From a virus: a stretch of 64,000 nt of DNA. The stretch spans positions 80,244 through 144,243 of the IMG/VR virus record IMGVR_UViG_3300013099_000017, one strand, 5' to 3'. A program made the position numbers and the translations under genes. This document shows positions 61,221-64,000 of this stretch, piece by piece (the stretch's first letter is position 1; each line of letters begins with the position of its first letter). The notes below the pieces were generated by a model. The model searched no databases. It had not been told where the DNA came from and saw nothing but the letters and a program-made list of their open reading frames with translations.

Positions 61221-61802
61221 TTTAATTACAGGTGTATATTATGATAAATAAAACGTTTACCAATTCCGATGAATTTCTTTTGAATGTATTTAAACATGAT
61301 GAAATTAATGATGTTGAAATAACATTAGAAAGTTATAATTCCGATGTGGCTATATATTCGGGTTATATGTTAGCAGATGATTTTGCATATACATTAGATA
61401 TGGATGATGAAGATGAAATTTATATTAGTGTTGAAATATATAATAATCTGTCTGAAATTGAAATGGAATATGATATTGAAACTTTGGTGAAGCATAGTAT
61501 CGTTAAAGTTTATTTCAATAGTTTTTTGGTATTAGATAAAGAATGAAAACTAAATTAAGAATTAAAATTATAAATTACTTTGATAAACATCTTTTAGCAG
61601 AAATTGATGCAAAAGATTACGATGTTATTATCGTTGCCAATACTTATGAACAGGAATTCATTGTGGTTCATAATAATGTTATGGAATATGATAGCTCAGT
61701 TAGATTACAATTGATTGAGGTTAATAGTTATATATTGGATTGTTATGATGCCTATAATGGTGTAAGTGAATTAAATTTACACAAGGCTAATACAAATCGA
61801 TC

Positions 61803-63035
61803 ATGGATTTAGAAGCATATTATGAAACTCAATATCATGATTGGTATAATTCCGAAAATTTTAATAATCAACATGATTTGGAGTTTATTGAAAATCAATT
61901 AAAATGGGAACTTGAATACTATTCAAATATGAGTGTGGAAGAATATACTCTGTTTGTTAAATTTAATGAATTACATAATACTTATAATGTTTCAAATAAA
62001 AATACATTGTTTGGCACTCAATTAAGACCAAATGCAGATTTAAGTTTTATTAATCAAATCAAAAAGAATATCTGGAACTCAGATGATTATATGTCATTGG
62101 AACCAGAATTATTATTATGTAAAGATAATCCAAAATTAAACAAAATTCGTAAAACTTTAAATGATTTTATAACTACTGGAAAAAATCAAAATAATATTGG
62201 CAGAAATTTATATTATATTGTAAGAGATAAAATAACCTTAAAATATTTGGGGATAATTACAATATCCTCTGATTATTTGGATTTAACTTGTCGAGATAAT
62301 AAAATAGGTTGGGATAAGGAACGCAAAACACAACAAATGATTAAACACTCTGTTGTATGTTCAGCATTAGTGCCTACACAACCGTTAGGATACAATTATG
62401 TTGGTGGTAAGCTGTTATCCCTATTGGTATTATCAAAACAGGTACAAGATGATTACAAGCGTATCTATGGTGATAAATTAGTTCATTACACAACTACTTC
62501 ATTGTATGGATCATTCTCCCAATATACAAGATTGAAATACTGGAAAAAAGTTGGTAAATCAAATGGTACTGTGATATTAAAACCAAGAGATAGAACATTA
62601 ATAAATCTAATGAAAGATTGGATAAGATTTATTGAACCTAAACGATTTTGGGAATGGTGGATTGCTAATACAATTAATGGTCAAAGATTTAAACGAGATC
62701 ATATCAATAGATTTTTTGTATTCTGTTATAGTAAATTAAATATCAATAGAAGTGAATATATATCCGGTCATAAACGTGGTGTATATGTTGCAGAATTATA
62801 TGAGAATACCAAAGAATTTCTAAGAGAAGAAATTACAGAAGATGAATTAATTCCAAAATTTGATAATTCTATTGAAGCATTGACTGATGTTTGGAAAAAT
62901 AAATATGCCAAGAAACGTTATGATAATTTGGTTAAAAATAACAGACTATTAAATGATGTATTATTTTATGATGATATATTATATAATGATTGGGATATAA
63001 TAAAGGATAAGTATTTGAAACAGGTTGGGAGATAA
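61803..63035 (+). CDS. DruA/DUF4338-like protein of T4-like phages
   Basis: LGIITISSD, VPTQPLGYNYVGGKLL, TTTSLYG..SQY..W..VG.S.G. Confidence 0.7.
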   Translation: MDLEAYYETQYHDWYNSENFNNQHDLEFIENQLKWELEYYSNMSVEEYTLFVKFNELHNTYNVSNKNTLFGTQLRPNADLSFINQIKKNIWNSDDYMSLEPELLLCKDNPKLNKIRKTLNDFITTGKNQNNIGRNLYYIVRDKITLKYLGIITISSDYLDLTCRDNKIGWDKERKTQQMIKHSVVCSALVPTQPLGYNYVGGKLLSLLVLSKQVQDDYKRIYGDKLVHYTTTSLYGSFSQYTRLKYWKKVGKSNGTVILKPRDRTLINLMKDWIRFIEPKRFWEWWIANTINGQRFKRDHINRFFVFCYSKLNINRSEYISGHKRGVYVAELYENTKEFLREEITEDELIPKFDNSIEALTDVWKNKYAKKRYDNLVKNNRLLNDVLFYDDILYNDWDIIKDKYLKQVGR

Positions 63036-63848
63036 ATTATGAGATTAAGTAAACGTTTGGCATTGGATTTCTGTTATAAAAATCGTGATAATTATATCCG
63101 AACATTTCAGTCAATAGACGAAGGTGTTGAACAGTTTGATAATCTAATTACATTATTAGAATCTAATCAAATTGTTGGTGATGATTTGATAGATTATGGT
63201 ATGGATGTTAGTGAATTTAAATAAACGATATATCTAATTAGAGATATATCCAGAAATTTAATTAGGTGGTATATTATGATTAATCGTGAAGATGTTGAGA
63301 TTCGTAATCAAAAACATTTAATGGATGCAGAAGGTTCTCAGGTTGAAAAACCAACTTTATTAGAGATTAATACACTTCTTAACGAAGAAGGATATAACTC
63401 AAATGGGTTAGAAGTTTGGCATGATGATTTAATGGGTTTATGGTCTTGGAACTGTGATATTGAGGAAATAAAATGACAAAATATGAAGAAAATGCGTTTC
63501 GTTTATTAATTAAAGAATTATATGTTGAACAAACAGATGATAAATTAAGTGATGAATTTCTAAGTGGTTTAAATTGTGGTCGTGAAGAATCCGGTATTGA
63601 ATTGGAAAATCTACTTAATTTAATGATTAAAGAAGAACAGAACCGGAAAATATCATGATTGTAATTGCATTGGGAACAGAAATAGATATTAATACTAAAA
63701 CTTATGTTGCTGTATATGATTCAAGTCTCGTTTGTGATCGTTGTTCTATGGATGGAAAAGATTCATCATATTGTACATTATTACATGAATTTGATAAAAC
63801 GTTGTGTTCTGATAATGATATTGTATGGATTGAGAAAAAATAATCAAA

Positions 63849-63936
63849 TATATCCCATTGTGGGTATATGCAAGCAAGATAAAATCAAATATAATATAAT
63901 CTGAATTGAGAGATAAACTTCCAAAAGGAAAAGAGA
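63849..63936 (+). promoter_or_regulatory. Dyad-box promoter cassette
   Basis: TATATCCCATTGTGGGTATA, TATGCA-N17-TATAAT, TTCCAAAAGGAA; ORF starts at 63937 and runs off the window. Confidence 0.85.
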
Positions 63937-64000
63937 ATGACCAAAGTATTTGAAATTTTCACCATATTCATGCTACGGGATGGATGGTCACTTGAAGATA

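Noticed and set aside
13181-63936. Repeats as a CRISPR array
   Set aside because: Copies are kilobases apart, degenerate, in both orientations and tied to promoters; no regular spacers and no cas genes.

Overview
A 64-kb segment of a very AT-rich, large T4-superfamily phage genome. The assignment rests on a gp33-like late co-activator, gp41-like helicase, gp61-like primase and TATAAATA late promoters. Almost all genes are on the + strand. Recognisable genes: DNA ligase, class II ribonucleotide reductase with an HNH intein, helicase with a class-3 LAGLIDADG intein, four DNA methyltransferases, a CmoA-like enzyme, three putative PD-(D/E)xK nucleases, QueC-like ATPase, RNA ligase, ArfB-like GGQ factor, HD, CYTH, Nudix and metallophosphoesterase enzymes, NadM-Nudix plus NadV, and a DruA-like protein. 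Four layers stand out. (1) About 20 late genes start with a T4-internal-protein-like capsid-targeting peptide (MK[STK][FY]K[EQ][FY]LxE) fused to diverse enzyme domains, which looks like a large tagged arsenal of packaged, injected proteins. (2) A coupled C5-cytosine MTase and CmoA-like pair has changes at both residues tied to alkyl-donor specificity, hinting at an unusual cytosine modification. (3) About 15 dispersed promoter cassettes carry a TATCCCA-TTG-TGGGTATA dyad (two carry a perfect FNR box instead) and a shared leader whose hairpin covers the Shine-Dalgarno. (4) Two non-coding regions look like structured RNAs, and a duplicated ~125-bp promoter element may be an origin. No CRISPR array, rRNA or canonical tRNA was seen. 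All family calls are from motif recognition by eye, not database searches.
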